DNA of 64,000 nt from Sphagnum compactum (Eukaryota): NCBI GenBank assembly GCA_965153455.1, contig OZ234494.1:5332001-5396000 (forward strand), read 5' to 3'. Below are positions 27,386 to 41,228 of this stretch, piece after piece (within the stretch, counting starts at the first letter, position 1; every line of letters begins with the position of its first letter). Both the position numbers and the translations under genes were made by a program. The notes beneath the pieces are model-generated. The model made no database searches. It saw nothing but the letters and a program-made list of their open reading frames with translations, and was not told where the DNA came from.

Positions 27386-29721
27386 TTTCTAGCTTCTACT
27401 TGGATTTTGCTCTTAGCAATTGAACCAACAAGCGAGCAAACATTGAATTGATGTTGAGTTTGCAAAGCTGATGGGAGCTTCCAATCAATTTCCAAGTTCC
27501 TAGATTTTTGCAGAGCTGCAAATTCTTACCACATTTTGAACAATAGTGAGCAAACGAAGTTGTAAGAAGACCAAAGATTTTTTTTGCATGCATATTTGAA
27601 AAGCTGCAAGAAGACAACAAGTGGTCTCCATATGTGTTCGAGAAGATGCATGCAGTCAAGTTTCCAAAAAAGAACACACATGTGAACACACACACTCTTT
27701 CACGATTGATCCAAAACTCTCACAAGACTATTATTTGTGTGCATTTGAAAAAACCTTCAACATTCATCATTGCAATGGAGAACTTTGTGGAGAAAATTCT
27801 ATGCATACTCAAAAGTGTAAAACATCCATGACTATTATTGTTGGGTAAAAGCATGGTTAGGTGGCTCATGTTTGACAATTTGAAGAGTCCGCATCTTACA
27901 CCAACCACAATTCCTGGATTTAAAATAATTATCAAACTATAAATCCTATAATTATCCCCTATGGTTTTGGTCACAAATATAAGTAGACCACCCTTGAAAT
28001 ATCCCTAAACATGTGATTGGTCAGGAAATTTAGAAAAAAGTTTAAAGATTTCAGTGTGAAATGGAATACCAATTGTAAAAAATGACGAAAATCACAACAA
28101 GTTAAATTTTTAAATATGAAAAAAAACTATAATGAAAAAAGTTCAATGCATCTTACAAATAAATTATTCATTGTATGGTGATCTACTTTTTAATTTTAAT
28201 TACTATGACATATTTTTTGAGTCCACAATTTTCATTGTTTTTGTGTGTGACAAACATAGTGTGATCATTTCAAAAGTCCACAATGAGTCCATTCTTTTCT
28301 TAAAACTCATCCGTAATTTTTAATAAGATTTTCATTAAAATCTATTGCAACATGGATAATGAAAAAATTGAAAATTTAATGTTTGATATGATTTTACATT
28401 TTATAATCTAGAAAAATTACAACTGTGACAATCCAAACAATCCACCTAATTGTGTTTTCACCCTATTGCGATGAGTCGTTAAAAAGAATCTACTTTCAAT
28501 GACACATGCATGATTTGATGAAAATGAACATTTCTTTCTATCTCTTTCTCTCTTTTTGCTTGCTTGTTTGCTTGCATGCACTTTCACTAATTCTTTGGTT
28601 GTTATTTAATTATTTACACCATTGTCAAGAGCTGATGAAGTAATTGCATAGTCATGCTAATTCGTCATTGTTATTTTATCATTAATTTAACATGTGATGA
28701 ATTAATAATGAAAATTGTGTGAAGTTCGTTATCATGCATTGAAAATATGTTTGACACACGAATAAATTTGTTGATGGATAAAGTAAGAACCTATGAATGA
28801 ACGAATGTTACATGGATTTCACATCTTTCAATAAATTTGTGTCTCAAATGTGTTCTCAATACACGATATTAATGTGTGAAACATACAAATTATGAATGAA
28901 TGAATTTTGCACGAATTCCATTACTACATCATGAGATGCTAAATTTATGATGAAATCATGATGAAACATGCCATTTTACAATATTAGTTTGCATGTAGGA
29001 CTCACCACATAGCTCGTCACTGCTATTTTGATGATGATGAAGTCATGATGAAGGTGATGGTCTAACATTTTGCAAGCAACTCTCACAAGGTTAGGAATTA
29101 AGATTTGTTTTCATTATTCTATCATTTCCAAGTGTTGTGTGGACTTCTCTATTATACATTAAACAAGTGTGTGAAAATAAATAATTTGGGCCAACCATTC
29201 ATTATGCTCGGCCATTTTGAACATACTATGATGTGGTTAAGGCTGATTTACACACTTTAGATTAATTTCATGTTTTGAAATTTGAGGATTAAAGTATCTT
29301 ATCTATATATACGGCTAGTCATTTTTCACTTCTTAATGAGATTTAAGGATTTAAGGAGTTGCAAGAACCTTGACTAACATCCATATGCATTCATGAATTT
29401 TACAACAATATATGGCCCACCTAGACATTAATATTCACCTATGTAGTTCAATCAACACTTGGTCGTTATGAGTGTGTAAGTCAATGTGGTTGTTTGTCAA
29501 ATCAATTGTCTTGACATGAGCAAGGATGGTTTAAAAGAGAAGTCAAAAACACCTATCCAAAAAGCACTAGTGTTTAAAAATCCCAGTTTTCTGTCACCTC
29601 AAATGATGGGGATTTGGAGGGAGTATTTTTCCATCCTTTCCTTGAACTAATTCTAGCTGAAAAAAATAGGATGACATAATTTTGGAACATATGAACTTCA
29701 TGAACTTCATTTCTATACTAA

Positions 29722-29793
29722 GTGAATGTGGCCTTGGTTCTAAAATTTGGATCCCTCGTGAATGTGGCCTTGGTTCTAAAATTTGGATCCCTC
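29722..29793. repeat. perfect 36-bp tandem duplication
   Basis: GTGAATGTGGCCTTGGTTCTAAAATTTGGATCCCTC occurs twice. Confidence 0.95.
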
Positions 29794-30378
29794 TTATACA
29801 TTTTCTTCTTTGGAAATGACCCAAAATTGTCAAATTATATGATTGAAAGGAGGCGAGGTGAATTGTGTCTTAAAATGGTTGGCATCTATTGATCAAACAT
29901 GGTGCTAATAATGATAAAGTGTGTTTTTTGTGTTTTGGGAAACACATTTGATCAAAAGAGTCTAATCAAAGTTATTGGTAGACTCCCTTTGTTTATTTAA
30001 TGTATAGTTATAATGTTTCATTGTTAGTAGAAAGTATCACACTTATCCATGTCTAATGATCTATAATAAAAAAATCTAGATTGTAGTTATTGTTTCACCT
30101 ACTCATTTATAAAACACAATTGTTCATAATATAATTAAAGCTAGTCCATGCTTAAATAGTTAGAAATTTTGTGTGTAGACCTTTTATCATATACATACCT
30201 TTGTATGTGTATGATTAACTTTTCCTTGAGTTGGTCCTTGTGTAACATGCCATTTTATAATACTAGTTTGCATGTAGGACTCACCACATAATAATCAAAT
30301 ATGAAGTTCATCATGATGTGCTCTTTTCATCGATCTATTGATCTGAATTTTTTTGTTGATATTTTAATGAGGATGCAG

Positions 30379-30470
30379 TTTCAAGAAATTTTTAACGAGG
30401 TTGACACTAACAAGGATGGCAAAGTGAATACGAATGAATTCATTGCATTAATTGCCAATAATGAAATGAG
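30379..30470 (+). pseudogene. isolated EF-hand-encoding exon
   Basis: CAG| acceptor, FQEIFNEVDTNKDGKVNTNEFIALIANNEM (canonical DxNxDGxVxxxEF loop), |GTAT donor. No complete gene found around it. Confidence 0.75.
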
Positions 30471-32409
30471 GTATTATGTTGCCCATTGGCCCCCCAACAG
30501 AGTAATATCTTTTTCACTTTTATTATAGAGATTTTGGATTTAAGATTTAACTTTTCCTGAAATAGGCTAAAGTAACATATAGTAATCCACTTCCTGTTGT
30601 TTACATTTATAACTCAAACTAGAGATATTGAGGGAGAATGCATTGGCTTTTGGGGTGTAGGACATTCAAGATTAATCAATGCCTTGTATGTGGTGAGAAT
30701 CTTGACAAAGGGACTTTTCTTATACGCATCAAGCTATAGTTTGGTTTTTATGGTATTACCAAGTCAACAAATAGTGTGGTTTGAAAACTGTGAGGGTGGT
30801 TGGTCAATGGTGGTTGAATTTTAATTGGTAACATTTTGTCTGACCATACCCATTTTATGTTGATGCAGTTTGTGCTCATTGTTAAATTCTCACAAATGTT
30901 GCCAATTTACTTTTGATCTATTGTAATACTTACCATGCATGGATTTCAGAGTGAACATTTAGTTCATATGTTTTGGGGTGACATTTTTGGGGACTTGTAG
31001 CAAAAATTTGAATTAACATATATCCATCAATCCTTGTGTGAGTTTTTCCCTAACTTGGGAGGTAATCTTTTAATTGTTTCGTTTCTTACTAGATATGACT
31101 TTGACAAATAAAATGTTCATTACATTAGGGAATTGCTCTTTAGTGAGAAAGAAGGTCTAATTTAACTACCTTCTAATAAAACATTTGTTTGACAACATTG
31201 AGCACCCTCATTTCAAAAGAAACAATGTGTGATTTAGTCCTTGGATCTTGTAAGAGAATGAATTAGGTGCTTTCTCAACCTTCCTGTTGAACACAATGTA
31301 GTTTCAATGGAATCATTTGCAAGGTCTAAGAGCTTGGTTTGTGATGTTATTACTACACACAAGGCTATCATTCCTGGGTGTGGTGAGGTGAAAGTTTGTT
31401 GTTCTTATGTTCCTACAAACGCTTTCAACCATTCCTTGTGATCCATTTCAGAAAAAATTGTTAACCTTTCTTTTATGTAAGAGCCATAGCTACAATTGGA
31501 GTCAAATATCGTATTCATACCATTGCTACTATATTTCCTCTTTGTTGTTTATGATCTTACAGGGTAGGGTGTAGGGTTTTCGTTCTACAATGGCTAAAGG
31601 ACAAAAAGGGGCATTGCATGGTGTTGATGTTGTTGCAAATGTGGGCGGGATTGACTCTAATTTCTTTGATTTGACAACATCAAATGTTGTTGGCAACAAT
31701 TCAAATGTTGAAACTTGAAAGCATGGTGGTTGGTAATTTGGCATTGGGTCAAAGTAGGATAAAGTATACCAAAAAAGTAGACGTCTCCACTTTAACCTTG
31801 CGCCTCTCATATAATTACCATAAAGTAGCATCAAATTAGGTGAAAGTATGTGTCAAGTAGCATTAGTTGGCTCTATTAAATTCATAAGAATCTAATTTTA
31901 AGAAAATTAAAAGCAAATCAATTTAAAAAGTTGATAAAAAATACATTTGCAACCGACTGAAAGATATGTGTTCAAACCTATTTTATGGTTTAAAACATTA
32001 ATGAAATTCAATATGTAATAAATTTAAAAAAGAAGATCAACATATATTTTAGCAAGTCATAAAAAAAAAATCTATTTCCTTTTTGTAAGAACTACTTGAC
32101 ATCTACTTGAAACCAAAAGCTCATAGTGAAAAATAAACATCAAAAGCTACTTACATTTTGAAAAACCTACTTAAAACCTACTATTATAGTTTGAAATATG
32201 AAAATCAATGCACATTAAGGTAAACATATATCATATTTAGTCATTAAAATGAAAACATTCAATGTTCCACAATTCTATAATGGGTTTTGTTGTTATTTTA
32301 AATCTATTTATTCTAGTTTTGACAAGGTATTCAAGTTGTTCACTTTATCTTGCTTACACCCCATTTGGTAATGTGGAAGTAGCAATAGAAGTTCTATAGT
32401 TTGTAACTA

Positions 32410-33761
32410 TAAAAGCTCAAGCTGGATTGTGGAAGCTTCACCATCACTCATCCGTTTTCTAGGGTTTTTTTTGCTGTTAATGATAACCTCCTTATTGACA
32501 TTGTGAACCCACAAATGTTGAGATGCATTATTTGCAGGTCTTAACAAGCAAGTGAAAGTGTTTTGACCAAGAGTTACTCTATTCTAAAAGAAAGGTTTAT
32601 AAAATACAAGTGTAATGGGGTGACTCTTATGAAGACAGACATTGATTGTGCGCATCCCAAATTGCTTGTTACCAGGAAGAAGCAGTTTATTGAAGTGATT
32701 CCCTTAGATCATACTTGACAACTAGCAAAGTAAAAGGTTGCAATTATTAGCAGTGCAATCACAAATGTTTTTGGGTTTTCATCACAAATAGCATGTGATG
32801 AAAAATTATAAAAATTTCTTGAAGATTTAGTCTTGTATATTTGTAAGAGCTACATGGCTCTATCTACTTGTGAGAATAATTGGTTAAGAAGGTTAGTTTT
32901 ACACTAGCACCCTTGTGTTTTATTTCCATTTCGCTCACAACTTATGGAAGAAGTGCTTCTTACTACGGTTACCAAATCTATGGAAATTCATGTTTTGCCA
33001 AAACTTGCAAGTGCATCAATTGTTTTTGCTTCATTTGATTTATGGATGTCCAAAAGAGGCATTAACACATTTGCTTTGGTTGTCAACTATTTATTTAAAA
33101 CTCGGGAGCTTATGCATGCCACTGTTGGCTTGTTTGAGGTAAATGAAACAATTGGCTTGTGCATGGCATGACAATTGCAATCTTTGCTTGAGAAATTTAG
33201 TTTGATTCATTTAGTTCTTGCTTTTGTCAAAGATGAAAGTAGCAACTTGGCTTCCATGGTTACAACATTGTGATCCATTGTTGATTATGAGTTGCTAAAC
33301 TTTCCCCAAGTTTATGAAGGCATTTGTTTTGGTCATGTGTTTAAAGCATGCCAATATTCTATGAATGATGACAATTTTTTTATGGGGCTAAGGCAAGTGA
33401 ATGTGAAAGATGGCTAAGCAGGTTTACAGAAAACAATTACTTGGACAAAAAAATCTAGGGAAAGGAGTCAAGAGTGAGAGAAAGCTTGTGTTGAAAACAG
33501 GTTGCCGCCTTGTAAGCTCAAAACACTTGTTAAAACAAGATTTGTAAGCAAAATCATTATGATTGAAGAATGTCTTGAATTCAAAAAAACCATCCTTCTT
33601 TGTTATGGCAAGCATAAAATAATGACATTACAACAACGAGTTCCTAGGGCCCAAGTTTGGGCTATTACAGAGGCAATTATTTCTTGCTTGAACCTTGTTG
33701 TGAGTGCATGTGTGATAAATCAATCAAGAGGGCATTGGTTCATATTAGATACTTTGACTAC
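32410..33761 (+). pseudogene. hAT transposase, 5' part (BED finger and DDE region), degraded
   Basis: BED-like ...GFFAVND...MLRCIIC...NGVTLMKT..., then ASFDLWMSKRGINTFALVVNYL (first catalytic Asp motif), CFGHV and KLKTLVKTRF. Multiple stops and frameshifts. Confidence 0.9.
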
Positions 33762-35480
33762 CACTGCAAGGAGTTTTGTGATCCATACCAACCCACACAT
33801 TTCTGACTTATGTCCAAATCAACCATATTTTCAACTATTAATGCAACTATCCTTTGTGACACCATGGTAAAAATGACTTGTGATCGTAAAAACAATTAAA
33901 AACTGGTTTGTAGTTGCATATGCAACTATGATTTGCGACTAATGTTAGTTTGGATGAAAATGAAGATGAAAAGTGAACTTATATCATTTATTTTTAATGG
34001 CATCTCAAAATAGATGAAAATGTAATTTTTGCAACTTGGGATGTGGTTCATAGGCCACAAAACATCATGTGGCATCTTATTCAACTTTAATTGTAACTAT
34101 AAATCCTAGTTACAAATGTATATGAAATTAAATGTAATAAAAATGAGTTGGCCAATGAAATTGTTAGATTTAGTGGTTTGATTTCTTTTCCTCAGCCTTC
34201 TTGCATGAACTATTAACCATTAGATGTGTAGTAAGGTTTGGTAGGTTTGTGAAACTTCAGAGGACCCATGGTAAATATGGATCATTATTTGGAATTTCCA
34301 ACATTAAATTTTATCATGTTGATATATCATAGTGTTTTTCAATTAGTTAATTGATTAGGTAGGCTAGGTAATATATATTAGGTATTGGGTACTAGTATAT
34401 AAGTAGGCTAATTATTAGTAGGTGTTTTAATATTGTGTTGAATGAAATAGTGTTATGTTTAATTATTTATTAGGTAAGCTATATAGTTATTCTATTTATA
34501 AATTAAGGTCGATAATAAGTAATATTTAAGTAAGATATATAGTAGGAAGTATGTTCATGGGTTAAGTAATAAATAGTAGGGGTAATTAATATGTGATAAC
34601 CTTTTTGTATAATTTAATCATTTAATTAGGTGGACTATTAATTAATCTAGCTATTTAGGCTAGGTAATAAGTAGTAATAGCTAGTAGGTCATATGTAGGT
34701 ACTTTGTCATGTTGATATGATTTTTTTTAGTTAATTATTTAATTAGTAAGCAATGTAATTTATGTATTGAATAGGTTAACTAAGTAGTAAGGTTAATTTA
34801 TGATCCATTTATAAACCTTATATGTGACTAAGTTATATATCATATATCTAAATTAATTGTTTTTGTACAATTACGATACATTATAAGAAAGAAATATAAT
34901 CACAACAACACATCTTGGGTTTTGTGACTAAGCTTTATGGCTACGTCCTAGTTAGGGAGGACATATGCAACTAGTCATTCACGAGTTGTTAAACCTATGT
35001 CATTTCACCCATGTAGTTGCAAAGGACATTTAATCACAAAGCCTAATCATCTTATTGATTAAGATTTTTAAATTTTGGCTTAATATTGATTCCATGTCAT
35101 CGATGACCTTGGTATGACGTGTAAAGTGCATGCCATCTCAACCTAGTTGTTTTATTCGACTAAGTGTTACAAAAGATGCCTTGATGGATGGATGACATGT
35201 GTTAAAAATCTATAAACACATTATGAATCATTGAACATGACCAAAAGTCAACTTAATTTAGCCCATGTAACTAGTGAAGTCAAAAATCAACTTGATTTAA
35301 CCTAACTAGGTTAGGCAACCTAGCCTAGCCCACTTAACCAAAAATCAACTTAGCTAAGTTAGCTACTTATGTTAAACAATTTAAGCTAGGTGGCCTAGAT
35401 TAAAAAAAACATCGAACTCTTAGCCCAAGGAGCTTAAACTAGGCTACCTAACTTAAGCCAAACGGCTTAGGTATCATAGG

Positions 35481-35550
35481 TTGTAAGAATGAGGATTTGA
35501 ACCCCTCACCTTCACTTTGGGGTTCAAGTCTTCATCCATTGTGCATTATC
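35481..35550 (-). other. degenerate tRNA-like cassette inside the CACTA element
   Basis: Reverse complement ATAATGCACAATGG...GGGGTTCAAATCCTCA has a canonical B box (GGTTCAAATCC) and a weak A box. Confidence 0.5.
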
Positions 35551-36584
35551 ACATTTTTTATATTAATTATATTTAACAAAAAGTTACAAAATTCAAAATT
35601 TTTAGCTTTGAATTAACGTTGGCCCCCTTAGGTTGACCTAGGTCAACTTATTTATTACTTACCAACCTAGCCTAAGTTAACCTAGACAATCTTAGGCTAA
35701 AAAAAAAACGTAGGATAGTTATGTCCCATCTAGTCATATCATAGTCACATCTAGTTGCACAAACTTGATAAAATATCTTATAATGAGGCTACCTAGGTTG
35801 ACTTGGCAAAAACCTTAAAGTTAGAAACCTAGGCAAACCTACTTAAATTTACCTATTACTTGGGTAACTTATTGTAGGTATATTTAAACATACTAAATGT
35901 AGTAAGTATATTATGTCTACTTAAGTACTTACAAGGTAATTTATCTTGCGAAGTAGGTTTTTACTAAGTAGCCTACATACATAGGTTAATTTAATAGGTA
36001 TGTTAATCTAAGCTAGTGTTTTAAATAGTTAAAAAGTCAAGGAGTTTTGTGTTGCCTTTTCCAAAATGATTATTAATATTGTAGTCATAATTATAATTAA
36101 CAATAGATTGTTTAGTACACATACACATGCATGTAGATTCATGACTTCAACAACCTCATAGCACACCAAAAAATATGGCATGCCACGACAAATATGGGTG
36201 TCATAAATTCAAGACACATAAAAACTTATGGTGTCACAAAAAATCATGGATTACCACGAAAATTTGTGACATCTTGTTACGAACACTAGTAGAAATCAGC
36301 CAAAATGTAACCACTACATTTGCAACTACATGCGACTTGTAATCATTTGCTACTAAATTTGGAAATATTTGTAGCTACGAGATTAAATTTTAACTATTTT
36401 GGTCATTTTCACAACTATGATGCAACTATTCGAAACTTCATCCTATTGGTTGTATGAATTTTAGGTTTATTTTCATCCATTAATAGGTTGATATGTCTCA
36501 TTAATCAAAATAGTCACCAAATTAATTACACCCTAAAGGTATTCTACGATGACATAGGGGGTATTTTTATGTATGTATTAAAAT

Positions 36585-36616
<32 letters not shown>

Positions 36617-36659
36617 AGTGTGTACATTAAATATGCATATGTATGTATATTGTTCATAT

Positions 36660-38010
36660 AATGAATCTCAAAATTAATATTTGAACTTTGAAATTTGTTA
36701 TTCAAATCTGAAAATTCCTCTTTGAATTCTGAAAATTATATTTGCATCTGAAAATTGTCATTTCAATTCTGAAAATGATATTTGAATTTTAAATTGATAT
36801 TTGAATTTGAAATTCGAAATATGAATTCATAAAATCGTTACTTGTACTAAAAAAAAATGATTAAGTCTAAAATTATAATTCCAATTAGGAAATTTTTATT
36901 TAAAAATTATAGTTCATTTCAATTTTGAAAATTGCTATTGGAATTTTTTTTTAAATGATTGAATTTGAAAAAAATACTTGAATCTAAAATCTAATATTTG
37001 AGTTCTAAAAATAGTTATTGGAATGGTAAAACAAATAATGACACACAAACTATTCCAAGAGTTGTTAAGTCTCAAAATTAATATTTCAATTCTGAATTTA
37101 AAATTTTAAAATTAAAAAAAAAATTGAATTCTGAAAACTGCTATTTAAATTCTTTAAAAAATTTATTTGAATTTGAATATGAAAATTGCTATTTCAATAG
37201 TTTTCAACATTATTTGAATTTGGAATTATCTATTTAAATTCAAAAGCCTATTTGACCTAAAAATTGATATTTGAATTCTAAATTATTATTTTCGAATCCA
37301 AAAGTTAGTATTTCTATTCAAAAAATTATAAGTGATTTTTAAAAAGGACATTTTAATTTTGAATGTTTTTACTTGAGTATGAAATTTTCTATTTCAACTC
37401 TGAAAATTTTGCATTTAAATTTTAAATAATCATTGGATTTGAAAGTTGAAATTTCAATTCCGAATTACTTCAATTCTGAAAATTATTTATTGAGTCTAAA
37501 AATGGACAGTTGAATTTTGAATATTGTTATTTGAATCTGAAATTGACATTGCAATTCTGAAATTTGCTTTTTAAATTCAAAATACTTATTGGATCTAAAA
37601 ATTAATATTTGAATTGTAAATTATTATTTTTGAATCTAAAAACTAGTATTTCAATTCAAAAAAAATTAATTGAGTCTTAAAATTGACATTTCTATTTTGA
37701 ATAGTTTTATTTGAATTCAAAATTTGATATTTGAATTCTGAATTTTTTAATTTAAATATTAAGAAAGTTTTTGACTTGAAAGTTGTAATATGAATTCCAA
37801 ATTATTATTCTTGATTCTCGAAATTAATATTTCAATTCAGAAAATTAATTGAGTCTGAAAATGGACATTTGAATTTTGAATATTGTTATTTGAATCTGAA
37901 ACTTGACATTTCAATTTCGAATTTTTTCTTTAATTCAACAAAAATATTTAATCTAAAATTTGATATTTGAATTCTGAATTACTATTTTGTAATGGAAAAC
38001 CAATATTTTA
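36660..38010. repeat. AT-rich degenerate minisatellite with higher-order periodicity
   Basis: ~19-20 bp TTTGAATTCTGAAAATTGATA-like monomers. The landmark TGAGTCT..AA.TG.ACA recurs at ~37491, 37671 and 37850. Confidence 0.85.
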
Positions 38011-39808
38011 TTTCAGTGTTCATGGTTATATTTCAATTGAGATTTTAGGGTTTTTTCTATTAGTGTTATCCATAATAAATCACTGTTATAAGTAATTATA
38101 AATAATTATTTTATAAAATTATAAGTTACAATAAATAATTATTGTATATCGTAGATTTTTGTATTATTAAATTTATATTCTTATAGTAAAAGAAATTAAT
38201 TAATGGAAATGATGTTAAATTACTTTAAAATCATTGTAATTACTTTAGATAAAAATTAATTAGTATGTGCATAATTATTTTTTAATTAAATATAATTATT
38301 CATAATCTGTAATTTATAACTTGAAACCTGAATTTAAAGTTCAATATAATGTAGTTAAAATAATTATTTAATGATTATTTAATTTCAGTAAATATTATAC
38401 AGTATTTCATTTTTTAATTTTTAAAATTCTGTAATTAATCATCTATGTTAAATATTTTATATAAAAATTATAAAAATTATAAAAGTTAATGTGATGTTTA
38501 GCAAATTATTGTATTTATAGTTAATAATTACCAAGAAAAAAAAGATTACTTGACTATAAAAGTTTTTACACCAATAAATGCAATTATATAGTAGTTAATG
38601 TAATTAGTTTAATATTATTGTTTTGAAAAATTTGTGTAAGAATTTACTTTTTAATAGCAATTTTTAATTCATTATTTATAATTTGAAAATAAATATTTAA
38701 AATAGTTTTTTTTAATTACAAGAATGAAATTACTTTTACATTAATTATATTGTCTATAATTCAACCAGATTCTTAAAAGTAATAAAACATTTTAAAATAT
38801 TCTAATTATTATAATTATCTAATTATATATCACATATCAAAATTAAATTCTATTGCTAAAATTATGATATACAAAAGCAATATTATATAATATAATTTAA
38901 AAAATCAAATGAAAGTTTAAAATACAAAATGTATAATATTATTTGTTATTATATTATCCACAAAAAAAATTTCCATTCATAAATCATGTGCTTGAATTAA
39001 ATTCTCGCAAGAAATGGTCATTGGAATGGTATTCAATAACAAAATTCAAGTATTTTCAACTAGTTGAGTACATTATTGAAAAATAATTACGATTAAACTT
39101 TAAATCTTGTCATTTGGACAAAATATCAATAGATATCAAATATCAAAAATTATGTTTTGTGTAATGTTTTGAATCAAGTAACCTAAATATAATGCACTTT
39201 ACTATATTGACACAAAAAGTGAAGTGGTTTGGTTGTAAAAGAGTTGATCTCCATCCTCGGGGTTCAAAGATCAATTCTCATAAATGACATAGGTTGGGGT
39301 TAGTGGTGGTAAATTGATTGAATATTACCTACCTACATAGCCTACTAGGTAGACTAGGTAGGTGGCTTACCTAATAACCTAAACTAAGTTTTTAGCCCAA
39401 CCAAGGTAATAACACATGTCAACAATTGATAAGTTGAAATTAATGAAATTATCAATAATACAAATATATAAATATAGAAATAATAATTTTATTTCTAATA
39501 TTTAAATAATAAAAATTAAAAAAAAAATTTATATAAATAATCAACTACATTGTTTAGTCGTAAAAGTAGCCACAAAATGACAATGCCACATATGCTAATT
39601 CGGATGGATGAAATGTTAATGTAAGTTGCATCTTCATGCGATTGCCATTGCGACTTGGTGCCACATATTGTTCCATGTATGTTTTGCAACTAAAATTATA
39701 TGCGACTTTATTAAGGCAATTGGAGCAAATTGTAGTCACATGTGGCATTTATGACTTTAAAATAATTAAAAAAACTAGTCATTAATATGAAAATTCCTTG
39801 TAGTGTAA

Positions 39809-40640
39809 TGCTGTTAATATTTCACTCAACATAGAAGCTAAGGTTGTGGGATTTGGTGATGCGTTTAAAATTCTAAATCAATTTGATTTTTGAATTGTTC
39901 CCCTTGTAAAAAAAAATGTCGCAGGAAATCATTAAGGTGATCAGACCTTTCTTCTTGTTTTTGAAGACATTTGATCTACATAATGTTCACAACATGCTTG
40001 CCATTTTGATAGATCCTCATTTCAAATTTCTACGAATTGTAAAAAATTATGTGGGTTGTGGTGCAACAATTCGTCTTGCTTTTAAATATGATGCAAAAAC
40101 AGTGATTCCATTGCTTATGGCTTGTTTTGATTGATTGAATCCTATTTCCCAAGCATGTGTAGATACTATTGATGTGTTCAATTCTCAATTTGAAGAAGGT
40201 AATATGTTTGGTGTTGGAGCATCCATGGAGGAATCCTTTCATGCTTTTGTTGTTGGAGAACTTTCTTTATTTAGGAGGTTATCTATCCTTGCATTTGCAT
40301 GTGCCGATCCTTTGTCTTGGTGGCGGTGCCAAGAAAACCAGTTTTTGAATGTTGGCTTTTTAACCAAGCAAACCCTTGGAATTCCAAGGTCCCAAATTGA
40401 AACTAAACGTGTTTTTAACCTTGCTGGTGTGTTGATAGCCTTGTGGCATTGTCATTTACGAGTGGAGAATCTAGACTAAATAATCATGGTTGTAAAAAAT
40501 TGGCTTGATGATCCACAACTGAATTGCATGCCTATTGTTGTTCTTAAGGATTATATGAAAGCTAAATGAGCTTTAGCTGAACAAATTTATGATTTAATTA
40601 AAGAGGCCGATTTTTTTTGAACAGTTGGAACTTGATGATG
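39809..40640 (+). pseudogene. hAT transposase, 3' part (C-terminal dimerisation domain), degraded
   Basis: HNMLAILIDPHFK, DPLSWWRCQENQFLNVGFLTKQTLGIPRSQIETKRVFNLAG (decayed S..ER.FS motif of the hAT dimerisation domain). Confidence 0.9.
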
Positions 40641-40875
40641 ATTATGTAAGTCAAATGGGTATCTTATTTTGTTGTCTCTTTTTTAACCAAAACTTGCAAT
40701 TTGATTATTTTTCTTCAATATGATTGATTTTAATTGTGTGCAAGTTTTATGCATGGATTATGGACTTCACACTTCACTACTCACCGATATCATATATTGT
40801 TGTTCAAGCTTTTGATATTATCTTGAGCTTTTAGATTTTGGGTGCCGGAGTGGTTTTTGTGTTTTTGTAGGTAGC

Positions 40876-40930
40876 TTGTGATGCAATGGGTGGAGTTCTT
40901 CTTTCAAGAACTAGGGTTCAATTCCCCCAC
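40876..40930 (+). other. degenerate tRNA-like cassette in the hAT 3' region
   Basis: TGTGATGCAATGGG...AGGGTTCAATTCCCCC: A-box-like and B-box-like motifs. Confidence 0.45.
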
Positions 40931-41011
40931 AAATTACTTCAATTTGTAAGGTGAATTGGTAAGGTGTTCATGTGTGTTTTACTATAGGTTTTTGTGTAAT
41001 ATTCGTATGTA

Positions 41012-41228
41012 CTATACATATTTATAGTTTATTAACATTTGAATTTCAATTCATTCATATTGGACCATATACATATCTATAATTTATTAGCATTTGAAAA
41101 TTGGTTCATTCATAACTTTACCATATACATATTTATAGTTTATTAACATTTGAAAACTGGTTTATTCATAATCCAACCATATACATATCCATAATTTATC
41201 AACATTTGAAAACCAATTCAGTCATAAC
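41012..41228. repeat. ~58-bp tandem repeat (about 4 copies), hAT subterminal
   Basis: CATATACATAT.TATA.TTTATTAACATTTGAAAA... repeated just inside the right TIR. Confidence 0.85.

Larger units (their letters stand above)
33762..39805. mobile_element. non-autonomous CACTA (En/Spm) element, 6.0 kb
   Basis: TIRs CACTGCAAGGAGTTTT / AAAATTCCTTGTAGTG. 3-bp flanks TAC/TAA. GCAACTA/TAGTTGC subterminal repeats. Interrupts the hAT transposase and has no ORF of note. Confidence 0.9.

Noticed and set aside
27184-27974. Listed ORFs in this interval
   Set aside because: No recognisable proteins; the real signal is the broken plus-strand peroxidase fragment.
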